From NCBI GenBank assembly GCA_015064635.1, contig SVRV01000005.1, positions 32,858 through 96,857 on the forward strand: 64,000 bases of DNA, given 5' to 3'. Made by a program: the position numbers and the translations under genes. Positions 52,592-62,130 of this stretch are shown piece by piece (position 1 is the stretch's first letter; every line of letters starts with the position of its first letter). Source of the stretch: Oscillospiraceae bacterium. Its GTDB lineage: Bacteria; Bacillota; Clostridia; Oscillospirales; SIG627. Under the pieces are notes generated by a model. It was not told the DNA's origin and did not search any database. It saw only the letters and a list, made by a program, of their open reading frames with translations.

Positions 52592-53116
52592 TCATTCCTC
52601 TGTTTCTTCTTTGAATACGGATTTACTTTGTATTACCAATGCTATATAGTAGAGTAACGCACCGAGAATAATGGGTGAGACATCAAATATTCCCGAATGG
52701 ATAACCTCCTTGGTAAAAATATTATAGCTTACCAATTTCATCACCGGCAACGCAACTGCATCGGCAATCAGAATAAGTGCCAGTGTCTTTATTTCCGATG
52801 TAACACTTCCAAGAGAAATTGTCTTGGAGAACTTCAAAAACATTCTTCTTGCAACTGTGAGTATAACAAAAGCAAATAAATTCTTAAATATGCTGATACC
52901 GAGCTCATACAGACAAAGAGCGTTATTGTCAATATCGGTTATAAAAGGAAGATACAGCTTCACAGTGCTGAAAAAAGAATGAAGCTTGCCAGGCATAAGC
53001 GCTTGCCACATAAAGCAAATTGTTTCACACACGATAATCGTTACGATAGCAGCAATAAGAACCCGTGATAGCTTTGCAAACTTTTCGCTATATCCCTTTA
53101 ATCTTTCCAAACTCAT
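52592..53116 (-). CDS. Hypothetical integral membrane protein
   Basis: About 5 hydrophobic segments. ATGA overlap with the upstream oxidoreductase gene. No recognisable motif. Confidence 0.55.
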   Translation of the reverse strand: MSLERLKGYSEKFAKLSRVLIAAIVTIIVCETICFMWQALMPGKLHSFFSTVKLYLPFITDIDNNALCLYELGISIFKNLFAFVILTVARRMFLKFSKTISLGSVTSEIKTLALILIADAVALPVMKLVSYNIFTKEVIHSGIFDVSPIILGALLYYIALVIQSKSVFKEETEE

Positions 53117-54702
53117 TTTATATTCTTCCTTTTTAACATTTTTTCCGCACACATCATACCGTCTACGGCAGATGATATAATACCGCCTGCATATCCTGCT
53201 CCTTCTCCTGCAGGATAAATCCCCTTTACAGATGCCTCTGAATTGTCATCACGAACTATTCTGACGGGAGAAGTAGTTCTGGTTTCGGGACCTGTGAGAA
53301 GGGCATCGGGATAATAGTATCCCTTTTTCCATTCGCACATTTCCTTTATTCCCCTACGAAGTGTATCACATACATAATCCGGCAAATATAAATCCGGAGA
53401 CAACGGAACCGTTGCAGGACGATATGTTGGCAGAACACTTTTTGGCGCAGTTGCATCCATATGAGAGAGAAAATCCTCAAGACGAATGGTCGGTGCAGCG
53501 TATTTCCCGCCTGCAAGCTCAAAAGCTCGTCTTTCTATTCTTCTTTGATACTCAATACCCGCAAGCGGATGAGAAGAGCCGAAATCCTCGGGAGTAACGC
53601 TTACAAGCAGAGCTGTATTTGCGTTTTCTCCGTCTCTTGCAAACTCGCTCATTCCATTTGTGCAAATCCCACCATTTTCAGATGATGCAGGCACCACATA
53701 ACCTCCGGGACACATACAGAAGGTATACAAGCTTCTTTGATTGTCAAGATGCGTTACCATTTTATAATCTGCCGCACCAAGCTTTTTGGCAAATTCGGCA
53801 TCTCCGTACTCTATTTCGTCAATAAGACCTTGAGGATGCTCTATTCTCACACCTACTCCAAAGCCTTTCGCTTCCATATCTATACCTGAATCGTAAAGAT
53901 ACTCATAGGTATCCCTCGCACTGTGTCCAATCGCAAGAATAACGTTATCGGTGTCAATAAAATGCTCACCGTCACCGCTTTCGTAATATACACCGGAAAT
54001 CTTTTCTTCGCTCACGCTGATTCTTGTCATTTTGGCTTGAAAATGAATTTCCGCACCAAGTGATATTATTTTCTTTCTTAAATTCACTATTACCTCATGA
54101 AGCACATCACTTCCTACATGAGGCTTTTCAAGATAAAGTATGCTGTCACTTGCACCTGCTGATACAAATTCTTGAAGTATTTTTCTCTTTCTTGAATCCT
54201 TATATCCAACCTTCAGCTTTCCGTCAGAAAATGCTCCTGCACCGCCTTCTCCAAACTGAATGTTGGATTCCGTGTCAAGCACCGCATTTTTTGCAAAGCT
54301 CTCCACTTTGGCAATGCGCCTGTCGGTAGCTTCTCCTCTTTCGAGGATTATGGGACGTGCACCTGCTTCTGCCAAAACAAGTGAAGCAAAAATACCTGCA
54401 GGTCCGAAACCTACAACAACCGGACGCTTTTCAAGTGCAGCTTTCTCCACACAATAGTTTGTATCTTCAAATATGCTCACGCCTTTTTTCCTGAGCACAA
54501 GAGCACATTTTTTCTCGACCTCTCCGTCAAGCTCACAAAGAGCTGTGATTTTGAAGTGCATATCGGGTTTTACCAATTCTCGTTGGTCAAGAATTATTTT
54601 CTTTGCACTTTCTTTTTCAATTCTCAAACGTTGGCACACTTCGTTTTCAAGCATTTCTTTTGTGTAATCGAGAGGAAGGATTATGTTTACAATTTTCAGC
54701 AT
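53113..54702 (-). CDS. NAD(P)/FAD-dependent oxidoreductase (COG2509-type)
   Basis: VVGFGPAGIFASLVLAEAG dinucleotide fold. 529 aa. C-terminal GIYPAGEGAGYAGGI motif. Confidence 0.75.
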   Translation of the reverse strand: MLKIVNIILPLDYTKEMLENEVCQRLRIEKESAKKIILDQRELVKPDMHFKITALCELDGEVEKKCALVLRKKGVSIFEDTNYCVEKAALEKRPVVVGFGPAGIFASLVLAEAGARPIILERGEATDRRIAKVESFAKNAVLDTESNIQFGEGGAGAFSDGKLKVGYKDSRKRKILQEFVSAGASDSILYLEKPHVGSDVLHEVIVNLRKKIISLGAEIHFQAKMTRISVSEEKISGVYYESGDGEHFIDTDNVILAIGHSARDTYEYLYDSGIDMEAKGFGVGVRIEHPQGLIDEIEYGDAEFAKKLGAADYKMVTHLDNQRSLYTFCMCPGGYVVPASSENGGICTNGMSEFARDGENANTALLVSVTPEDFGSSHPLAGIEYQRRIERRAFELAGGKYAAPTIRLEDFLSHMDATAPKSVLPTYRPATVPLSPDLYLPDYVCDTLRRGIKEMCEWKKGYYYPDALLTGPETRTTSPVRIVRDDNSEASVKGIYPAGEGAGYAGGIISSAVDGMMCAEKMLKRKNIK

Positions 54703-54769
54703 ATGTTATCCTCGGTAAATTTACTATCAATTATTATACAACAAACAAATAATATAATCAATACAAATG

Positions 54770-54799
54770 GCAAAAAAATAAAGTTCCTGTCGGAACTTC
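54770..54799 (-). terminator. Rho-independent terminator after the rpsP-KH genes
   Basis: Minus strand: AAGTTCC-GACA-GGAACTT followed by TATTTTTTT. Confidence 0.7.
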
Positions 54800-54803
54800 A
54801 TTT

Positions 54804-55031
54804 TCAGATGATATCAACAACAATGTGTTGATTGTTTTTGGTTGAAGAAGCTTTCATTACTGTACGGATATTCTTTGCGATTCTTCCGCCCTTACCTATT
54901 ACCTTACCCATATCTTCGGGAGCAACAGAAAGTTCAAGATGGAGTACATCGCCATCCATACGCTCGTTTACACGAACTTCTTCAGGCTTGTCAACAATTG
55001 CACTTGCAATGTCGATAAGAATCTTTTTCAA
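54804..55031 (-). CDS. KH-domain RNA-binding protein (YlqC-like)
   Basis: 75 aa with the VGKVIGKGGRIAKNIRTV GxxG KH motif. TTG start after GGAGGG. Conserved position after rpsP. Confidence 0.85.
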   Translation of the reverse strand: MKKILIDIASAIVDKPEEVRVNERMDGDVLHLELSVAPEDMGKVIGKGGRIAKNIRTVMKASSTKNNQHIVVDII

Positions 55032-55047
55032 AACTGTCCCTCCAAGC

Positions 55048-55293
55048 TTAGTCGATTGCTCCGCTCTTCTTCAAGAGACTCTTTGCTGTTTCAGTGGGCT
55101 GAGCACCGCTTGCTATCCACTTCTTTGCTGCTTCAACATCAATGTTGATCTCTGCGGGATTTGTCATAGGATTGTAGTAACCAATCTCTTCGATAAATCT
55201 TCCGTCTCTGGGAGATCTTGAATCTGCAACAACTACACGGTAAAAGGGAGCCTTCTTTGCACCCATTCTTCTGAGTCTGATTTTAACTGCCAT
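55048..55293 (-). CDS. rpsP: 30S ribosomal protein S16
   Basis: [42 protein letters not shown]. Confidence 0.95.
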   Translation of the reverse strand: MAVKIRLRRMGAKKAPFYRVVVADSRSPRDGRFIEEIGYYNPMTNPAEINIDVEAAKKWIASGAQPTETAKSLLKKSGAID

Positions 55294-55342
55294 TACTTTC
55301 ACCTCCAAGATAAATTTTTATTTATATTATTATTATAATATA

Positions 55343-56674
55343 CTAAAATCCAAAGGGCAGTTTTCTGCCGAATTTCTTTTTCGAACCACCTGTAAACTGC
55401 TTCATAAGCTGTTTTGTCTGATCAAACTGCTTGAGAAGTCTGTTTATCTGTTCAACGGTAGTTCCACTTCCTGCCGCTATTCTCTTTTTCCTTGCAGAAT
55501 TGAGAATATCGGGGTTATCTCTTTCCTCCTGAGTCATGGAAAGGATGATCGCCTGCTGTCTTGCAAGCTGCTTCTCATCGACCTTGACATCCTTCATTGC
55601 GCTTTGCTTCACGCCGGGTATCATGCCGATAAGCTGCTCAATATTACCCATATTCTTTATCTGATTGAACTGGTCAAGATAATCCGATAAAGTAAATGTC
55701 TGTGAGCGAAGCTTCTTTTCAAGCTCTTGAGCCTTCTTTTCGTCAAATGCCTCTTGAGCCTTTTCAATAAGAGAAAGCACATCTCCCATGCCGAGTATTC
55801 TCGACGCCATTCTTTCAGGGTGGAATGGCTCTATATTGTCAAGCTTTTCGCCTGTTCCTATATACTTGATAGGCTTTCCTGTTACGTGTCTTACGGAAAG
55901 TGCGGCACCGCCTCGTGTATCGCCGTCCATCTTTGTAAGAATAACGCCCGTTACGTCAAGCAGTGAGTTGAAATGCTCCGCAACGTTTACAGCGTCCTGA
56001 CCGAGCATTGCATCAATAACAAGAAGTATTTCCGTAGGATTTACCTCTGCCTTGATATTCTCAAGCTCCTTCATCAACACCTCATCGATATGCAAACGTC
56101 CTGCAGTATCAATGAAAACTATATCAATTCCTTCACGTTCAGCAAGCTTAACGCCTTCTTTTGCTATCTTAACCGGGTCATTTGAGCCTTCGTTAGAATA
56201 CACCTTAACTCCAACCTGCTCTCCCACTACATGAAGCTGCTTTATAGCGGCGGGACGGTAAACGTCGCAGGCAACAAGCAACGATGTCTTACCCTGCTTT
56301 TTCATAAGTCCCGCAAGCTTTGCCGCGTGAGTTGTCTTACCTGCACCCTGCAAACCGCACATCATAATAATCGTAGGCGGCTTTGATGCTATCTGAAGCT
56401 TTTCGTGCTTTTCGCCCATGATGGCGCAAAGCTCTTCATTTACTATCTTTACTATCTGCTGTGCCGGCATAAGACTTTCAAGCACTTCACTGCCGACTGC
56501 ACGCTCGGAAACCTTTGCAATAAATGCTTTAACTACCTTGAAGTTTACATCCGCCTCAAGCAGTGCCAGCTTTATTTCACGCATGCCTTCCTTTACATCG
56601 GACTCGGTAAGCTTACCCTTGTTTCTGAATTTTTTAAAGGCATCCGATATTTTATCTGTTAGACTCTGAAACAT
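55343..56674 (-). CDS. ffh: Signal recognition particle protein Ffh
   Basis: GLQGAGKTT, DTAGR and TKMDGD GTPase motifs with a Met-rich M domain. Confidence 0.95.
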   Translation of the reverse strand: MFQSLTDKISDAFKKFRNKGKLTESDVKEGMREIKLALLEADVNFKVVKAFIAKVSERAVGSEVLESLMPAQQIVKIVNEELCAIMGEKHEKLQIASKPPTIIMMCGLQGAGKTTHAAKLAGLMKKQGKTSLLVACDVYRPAAIKQLHVVGEQVGVKVYSNEGSNDPVKIAKEGVKLAEREGIDIVFIDTAGRLHIDEVLMKELENIKAEVNPTEILLVIDAMLGQDAVNVAEHFNSLLDVTGVILTKMDGDTRGGAALSVRHVTGKPIKYIGTGEKLDNIEPFHPERMASRILGMGDVLSLIEKAQEAFDEKKAQELEKKLRSQTFTLSDYLDQFNQIKNMGNIEQLIGMIPGVKQSAMKDVKVDEKQLARQQAIILSMTQEERDNPDILNSARKKRIAAGSGTTVEQINRLLKQFDQTKQLMKQFTGGSKKKFGRKLPFGF

Positions 56675-56700
56675 TTAACTTACCTCCTCTGTGTAAAATA

Positions 56701-57006
56701 TCAAGAAATAATCTCTTTGATTTTCAGCGAAATATCAGGATTGCTCTCGGATATTCCGTCAGCAAGCGCTGTCAGAGAATCCTGCATTCGTTTTACGTGA
56801 AGTGCATTCTCAAGTTCCTCCAGCTCATCGCAGGTGCGTTTGAGAAGCTCACGCACTCCCTGCCTCGTTGTGCCTGTATGCTCGGCTATTTCGGACAAAG
56901 ATAAATCCTGCCAATAAGACAGTTCAAAAACAGTTCTTTTCTTTTCGCTGATAAGAGGTGCATAAACATCGTACAAAAGACAAACAGTGAAATCTCTTTC
57001 CTTCAT
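56701..57006 (-). CDS. ylxM: YlxM/p13-family putative DNA-binding protein (UPF0122)
   Basis: LLYDVYAPLISEKKRTVFELSYWQDLSLSEIAEHTGTTRQGV. Conserved position upstream of ffh. Confidence 0.85.
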   Translation of the reverse strand: MKERDFTVCLLYDVYAPLISEKKRTVFELSYWQDLSLSEIAEHTGTTRQGVRELLKRTCDELEELENALHVKRMQDSLTALADGISESNPDISLKIKEIIS

Positions 57007-57092
57007 ATTTGTCGCACCTCCCAAGGTGTAAACATTTTTTCTTTACACCTCGAGTATTTTACACTATGTTTTGTTTTTTGTCAATAGTTTTT

Positions 57093-58001
57093 TTAATTTT
57101 TTTCCCAGTCTTTGTGATTTTTCAGTATTTCCCACAGAGAAAGATAGCTTTCGTGACGTGTTCGAGGTAAAATGCCCTGAGTTATCTTTTCTATGACGGC
57201 ACAACCTTCCTCCTTGGTATGTGTGCATTTGGTGTAGCGGCACTCGGTAGCAAGCTCTCTGTATTCGGGAAAGGCGTACACAAGCTCCTCTTTCTTCATA
57301 AAGCGAAATCTGTCGAAATCAAGGAGAGTGAATCCGGGAGTATCCACATAGTATGTATCTTCTCCCATTTTATAAAGAGTAGTACTTCTCGTTGTGTTTT
57401 TTCCTCTTCTTGTTTTCTGGCTGATATCTCCCGTTTCAAGATGAAGCTCGGGGAAAAGTGCGTTTATCACGGTGCTTTTTCCGACTCCCGACGGACCGGT
57501 AAAAACCGAAATACCACCCTTGGCAAAAGGTAAAAGCTTTTCTCTTACTTCCTCTGTGTCGTTTGCTGCCGAAAGCATTACTACTTCATATCCGCAATCG
57601 GTATATGTTTTATACATCATTTCCGCCGTTTCGGAATCAGCTATATCCTTTTTATTGAATACAATAACCGTTTTTATTCCCGCATGTGCCGCAATTGCGG
57701 TAAGCTTATCAATTGCCAGAAAATTCGGATTGGGAGAAGCGAGTGCGAATACTGCAAACAAAGTATCTATATTTGCAACCTCGGGACGGATGAGTACATT
57801 CTTTCTTTCAAGGACACGGGTAACAAGACCGATATCATCTCTTCCCTTCTTTTCTCCGTCCTTCTGAAATTCAACCATATCCCCCGCAACCACAACGAGA
57901 CCGCTGTGACGAAAGCTTCCTTTGGCGACACAACGATAATGCTCTCCTTCGCACTCAACCGTATATACTCCGCCTACGCAAGAAATTATCCTTCCTATCA
58001 T
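57093..58001 (-). CDS. rsgA: Ribosome small-subunit-dependent GTPase A
   Basis: Circularly permuted GTPase (NKKD...GPSGVGKST) with a C-terminal Zn cluster C..C.H....C. Confidence 0.9.
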   Translation of the reverse strand: MIGRIISCVGGVYTVECEGEHYRCVAKGSFRHSGLVVVAGDMVEFQKDGEKKGRDDIGLVTRVLERKNVLIRPEVANIDTLFAVFALASPNPNFLAIDKLTAIAAHAGIKTVIVFNKKDIADSETAEMMYKTYTDCGYEVVMLSAANDTEEVREKLLPFAKGGISVFTGPSGVGKSTVINALFPELHLETGDISQKTRRGKNTTRSTTLYKMGEDTYYVDTPGFTLLDFDRFRFMKKEELVYAFPEYRELATECRYTKCTHTKEEGCAVIEKITQGILPRTRHESYLSLWEILKNHKDWEKN

Positions 58002-58051
58002 TTTTACCTCTTTAAAAATGGCAAGGGGTCAATGCCTCTTGCCATTTAAAA

Positions 58052-60283
58052 TCATACTCTTTTTATGGGACCGTTGGGTTTTGTATCCTCAGGCTTGGAC
58101 TCCTCGGCTTTCGGTTCCTCGGGCTTTGGTTCTTCCGGAGTCGGTTCCTCAGGCTTCGGTTCCTCAGGCTTGGGCTCCTCAGGCTTCGGTTCCTCGGGTT
58201 TGGGCTCCTCCGGCTTGGGGTCAGTGGGTACGGGTATAATGGGTGTCGGCTCTTCTTCTATCGGTTCATCCGGATGAATCGGAGCAATCACCTCTGGCAC
58301 CTCAGGCTCGGGAGTCTTAGTTATTCCCTTTCCTACACTGATAATAATTTCGCCTGTATAATCAATCGGTATGGGCTCTCCTGCCTCAATACTTTGCTCT
58401 GTTACAAGTCCTACTTCAGCCTCGGTCTTTGATTCTACATAGCTTACCTTTATACCGTTGGATTCAATATCATACATAGCAGTTTTCGCTTCATTTATAT
58501 GTAACCCAACAACTGTGGGCATATACAAATAAAGTTCCATAGCCGAACTGCTTGAAAGACCTCTTCCGTCACTTACGTAGAGAACTATTTCATCACAAAA
58601 TTCAGGACTTACGATAGTGTAGGGAGTGATACTCTGACCTACAACTGTTCCAAGACTTGCAGAATCGGTAACCACAACGCATTTTACATCAAAATCACTG
58701 AGCTCAACCAACGCCTGACCCTTTGTTTTTCCTATAACCTTTGGCATTGATATAACATTTTTAAGCTTACGTCCCGAACTGACGTACAGTGTAACACCTT
58801 CATCGGTATTCAGTTCCTCGCCTGCTTCGGGAACTGTTTTATACACATATCCTTCAAGCACGGTTTCGTGAGACGCCTTTTCAATAACGATGTTGCCTGT
58901 ACCAAAGCCAAGCTTAATCAAAGCTGTTTTTGCCTCGGCAATAGTCATCATTGTATAATCACCCAAAACTATTCTTTCGGGCGTGGGGTTTACATAAAGT
59001 GTAAGATGTGCGGTTCCTTTAGAGCCTCTTACCTTTTTGATTTCTCCTATAGCGGGATCGGTACCATGAATCTCACCGTAAGCATACTCGTCATTGGTCT
59101 TTTCGTAGCTCACTTCAATCTCAAAGCCCATGTCTTCGAGTTCTTTCTTTAATTCTTCCGTATACTCTGCGCCACGCAAAGATTCGCCGGCGACCTCAGA
59201 GGGAACAGTCAGTATTTTTTCCTGCTCCTTTTCACTTGTTGCGGGATTGAGAAGTGAAACAAGAACGATTATTCCCGTTGTAATAAGAACAGCAAAGAAA
59301 GATAAAATCATTCCCAATGCAATGGGAAAAACTGTTATCTGTGCCTTACCTCCCGTTGACGGCTTACCTTTTCCCTGTACTTTTTTACCGTCAGGCTGTA
59401 CGGGTGGTTTCGGCTTATCGGAAAAGACTGTCATCGGAGATTCCTTGAGTATTCTGATGGCACGAAGCATGGATTTTGCAGACTTGAATCTGTCCTGCGG
59501 TGCCTTTGACATTGCCTTGAGGATTACCTGTTCAACGCCCTTTGGAAGTCCAAGTGCAACCTCGGTAGGCTTTTGAGGCTCATCGCTTATCTGCATCATA
59601 GCAACCGAAACAGGCGCTTCCGCATCAAAGGGAAGCTTTCCTGTAAACATTTCATAAAGCACTACACCAACCGAATAGATGTCCGAATAGGTTCCGGTCT
59701 CCTTACCGCTTGCCTGCTCGGGGCTGATATAATACACTGTACCGAGTGCCTTATCAGACATGGATATGGTTTCGCTTCCGGGAGCTCTTGCTATTCCGAA
59801 ATCTGTAACCTTAAGCTTTCCGTCAGGCAGAACTATCATATTGTGAGGCTTGATATCTCGATGTATAACACCCTTTTCGTGGGCGTGTTCAAGCGCTAAA
59901 AGTATCTGTTCGGCAAAGCTCAAGGATTCCTCAAGAGTAAGAGCGTTATTCTTCTCCTCCATATACTCCTTGAGAGTCTTTCCGTCAGCAAGCTCCATAA
60001 CTATATATTTTAAATCTCCGTCAAGAGACATACCGTAAACCTTTACGATATTCTCGTGAGACAACATAGAAATGGCTCTTGATTCATTAATAAAACACTT
60101 TACAGCATAGCTGTCAGCATCGGAACACTCCTTCAAAACCTTAACGGCAACCGTTTTTCCGTTTTTCAGGTCCTCCGCTTTGAAAACGACAGACATTCCG
60201 CCAATGCCAACAATGGCGACCAGCTTATATCTGTTGTCAATAGTCTGACCAATAAGCTTCTCGAATTTATCGTTAGTGCTCAT
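58052..60283 (-). CDS. prkC: Ser/Thr protein kinase with extracellular PASTA repeats and a PEEPK-repeat tail
   Basis: Hanks kinase motifs (VAVK, HRDIKPHN, DFG, SPEQ), one TM segment and PASTA-like repeats. Start at ATG 60283 after GGAGG. Confidence 0.9.
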   Translation of the reverse strand: MSTNDKFEKLIGQTIDNRYKLVAIVGIGGMSVVFKAEDLKNGKTVAVKVLKECSDADSYAVKCFINESRAISMLSHENIVKVYGMSLDGDLKYIVMELADGKTLKEYMEEKNNALTLEESLSFAEQILLALEHAHEKGVIHRDIKPHNMIVLPDGKLKVTDFGIARAPGSETISMSDKALGTVYYISPEQASGKETGTYSDIYSVGVVLYEMFTGKLPFDAEAPVSVAMMQISDEPQKPTEVALGLPKGVEQVILKAMSKAPQDRFKSAKSMLRAIRILKESPMTVFSDKPKPPVQPDGKKVQGKGKPSTGGKAQITVFPIALGMILSFFAVLITTGIIVLVSLLNPATSEKEQEKILTVPSEVAGESLRGAEYTEELKKELEDMGFEIEVSYEKTNDEYAYGEIHGTDPAIGEIKKVRGSKGTAHLTLYVNPTPERIVLGDYTMMTIAEAKTALIKLGFGTGNIVIEKASHETVLEGYVYKTVPEAGEELNTDEGVTLYVSSGRKLKNVISMPKVIGKTKGQALVELSDFDVKCVVVTDSASLGTVVGQSITPYTIVSPEFCDEIVLYVSDGRGLSSSSAMELYLYMPTVVGLHINEAKTAMYDIESNGIKVSYVESKTEAEVGLVTEQSIEAGEPIPIDYTGEIIISVGKGITKTPEPEVPEVIAPIHPDEPIEEEPTPIIPVPTDPKPEEPKPEEPKPEEPKPEEPKPEEPTPEEPKPEEPKAEESKPEDTKPNGPIKRV
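58080..58225 (-). repeat. Coding 15-nt tandem repeat (about 9 units) giving (PEEPK)n
   Basis: GGTTCCTCAGGCTTC/GGCTCCTCAGGCTTG units are visible on the plus strand. They translate to PKPEEPKPEEPKPEEPKPEEPKPEEPTPEEPKPEEPKAEE. Confidence 0.8.
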
Positions 60284-61055
60284 TATTTCCTCCGTCATTT
60301 TGTTTTTCTGTATCAATAAGTATCACAGTTATGTTATCCGAACCGCCTTTGGAATTGGCAAAGTCTACGAAATCCTCTGCCTTTTCTGCTATCGGCTTAT
60401 CGGAAGATATGATCTTGGTAAACTCTTCTTCGTCAAAATAATTTGACATACCGTCACTGCACACAAAGTAACATCCCGGCTGTGTCACCGAATGACATAC
60501 ATCACACTCCACCCTGCTTGAAACTCCAAGTGCTCTTAAGATAACATTTCTGTTAGGATGCGTCTGAGCCTCTTCCTTTGTTATTTTTCCATCGTTTATA
60601 AGAGCCTGAACAAAGGAATGGTCTACCGTGAGCTGCTTTGCCTCATTGCCGCTTATATGATACACACGGCTGTCACCTACATTAAAGGTCCACATCATAT
60701 CTCCGTCAATAATACATCCGGAAAGGGTTGTTCCCATGCCCGAAAGACTTTTGTCGGAGCAGGACATTTCATACACCTTTTTATTAGCTTCATCCGAAGC
60801 CTCACAAATAGCACGGTCTGTCTTTATTATTATCTCTGCGCTGTCGGTTATACTGCTTTTTATTTCACGAAGTTTGGGCACTATACTGCTCATAAAGCAT
60901 TTACAGGCAACACGGCTGGCAACTTCGCCCGCATTGGCTCCGCCCATACCGTCACAGACAAGAGCAACAGCTATCCCGTCGAATACATCAACGCTGAAAT
61001 TGTCTTCGTTTAAGCTTCTTTTCTTTCCGACATCACTTATTCCAAATACCTGCAT
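60273..61055 (-). CDS. stp: PP2C-family Ser/Thr phosphatase
   Basis: SDVGKKRSLNEDNF, CDGMGG and GGSDNITV motifs. Confidence 0.9.
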   Translation of the reverse strand: MQVFGISDVGKKRSLNEDNFSVDVFDGIAVALVCDGMGGANAGEVASRVACKCFMSSIVPKLREIKSSITDSAEIIIKTDRAICEASDEANKKVYEMSCSDKSLSGMGTTLSGCIIDGDMMWTFNVGDSRVYHISGNEAKQLTVDHSFVQALINDGKITKEEAQTHPNRNVILRALGVSSRVECDVCHSVTQPGCYFVCSDGMSNYFDEEEFTKIISSDKPIAEKAEDFVDFANSKGGSDNITVILIDTEKQNDGGNNEH

Positions 61056-61070
61056 ATCCCAAACCTCCTT

Positions 61071-62123
61071 TTATTCATTAGTTTTAATGTGGTCATTCCT
61101 GAGCTGTCCGCACGCTGCATCTATATCAGAACCGAGTTTTCTGCGTACTGTCGCATTTATTTTACTATCATTTAGTGTTTTTGTAAAGAGATTAATCGAG
61201 TTTTTTGTTGATTTTTTGAAATTTTTCTCTTTTATTGTGTTAACCGGGATAAGATTTACATGGCACATTATGCCTTTCAGCCTTTTTGCCAGCTCTTTAG
61301 CATGCTCCACCGAATCGTTCACACCGTCTATCAATGCGTACTCAAAGGAAATCCTTCTTCCGCAAATCTTTTGATATTCACGACACGCCGAGAGCAGCTC
61401 TTCTATATTATATTTGCGATTTATCGGCATATTCTCGCTACGTATCTTATCATTCGGTGCGTGCAGAGAAATTGAAAGAGTGATGGGAAGCTCCTCTTTT
61501 GCAAGCTTCATTATACCGGGCACCACTCCGCAGGTTGACAGAGAAATATGCCTATAACCTATTTCAAGTCCTCTTTTATCATTTACAAGATTTAAAAATT
61601 TAATTACGTTATCGTAATTGTCAAGAGGCTCTCCGATTCCCATCAAAACAATGTTTGAAACTCTAAAGCCTTCTTCGGACATATGCTCTCTTGTAACCGT
61701 CTCAATTTGAGAAAGTATTTCGGATGGCTCAAGACTCCTCACAAATCCGTTCTTTGTAGATGCGCAAAAGGCACATCCCATTCGGCATCCCACCTGAGTA
61801 GAAACGCAAACTGTATTTCCATGCTCATATCTCATCAAAACCGTTTCTATCATATTTCCGTCACTCATACAAAGAAGATACTTTTCTGTACCGTCTATTT
61901 TTGAAACAAGCTTTGAAATAATTTCGGGCGCGGTTATAACATATCTTTCCGAAAGCGTCTGCGCAAGAGAGGCAGATATATCAGACATATCAAAGAATGA
62001 AGTTTTTAGCTTTTGAAAAAGCTGACGGTATAGCTGACCTGCACGGAATTTCGGCAGACCCATTTCAATTATATCAGCCTCAAGTTCTTCATACGTCATG
62101 CTTTTTATGTCTTTTCTGTCCAT
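61071..62123 (-). CDS. rlmN: 23S rRNA/tRNA (adenine-C2)-methyltransferase, radical SAM
   Basis: CVSTQVGCRMGCAFCAST radical-SAM cluster, MGIGEPL, and C-terminal DIDAACGQL. Confidence 0.9.
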   Translation of the reverse strand: MDRKDIKSMTYEELEADIIEMGLPKFRAGQLYRQLFQKLKTSFFDMSDISASLAQTLSERYVITAPEIISKLVSKIDGTEKYLLCMSDGNMIETVLMRYEHGNTVCVSTQVGCRMGCAFCASTKNGFVRSLEPSEILSQIETVTREHMSEEGFRVSNIVLMGIGEPLDNYDNVIKFLNLVNDKRGLEIGYRHISLSTCGVVPGIMKLAKEELPITLSISLHAPNDKIRSENMPINRKYNIEELLSACREYQKICGRRISFEYALIDGVNDSVEHAKELAKRLKGIMCHVNLIPVNTIKEKNFKKSTKNSINLFTKTLNDSKINATVRRKLGSDIDAACGQLRNDHIKTNE

Positions 62124-62130
62124 AATTATA

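Noticed and set aside
52828-52841. A 14-nt match (AGAACTTCAAAAAC) to the tail of the 68-nt repeat.
   Set aside because: It lies inside a coding region, has no flanking similarity to the hairpin parts of the element, and is most likely a chance match in AT-rich sequence.
57024-57050. A hairpin (AGGTGTAAA...TTTACACCT) between rsgA and ylxM as a terminator or regulatory element.
   Set aside because: No U-tract follows on the minus strand, and the stem abuts the ylxM RBS. The evidence is too weak to call a terminator or attenuator from sequence alone.
58018-58277. Plus-strand ORFs with repetitive ASVPQAWAPQ / GFGSSGLGSS peptides, and the 15-nt periodicity as a possible CRISPR-like or non-coding array.
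   Set aside because: These are antisense frames of the PEEPK coding repeat at the end of prkC. The units are contiguous with no spacers, so this is not a CRISPR array.
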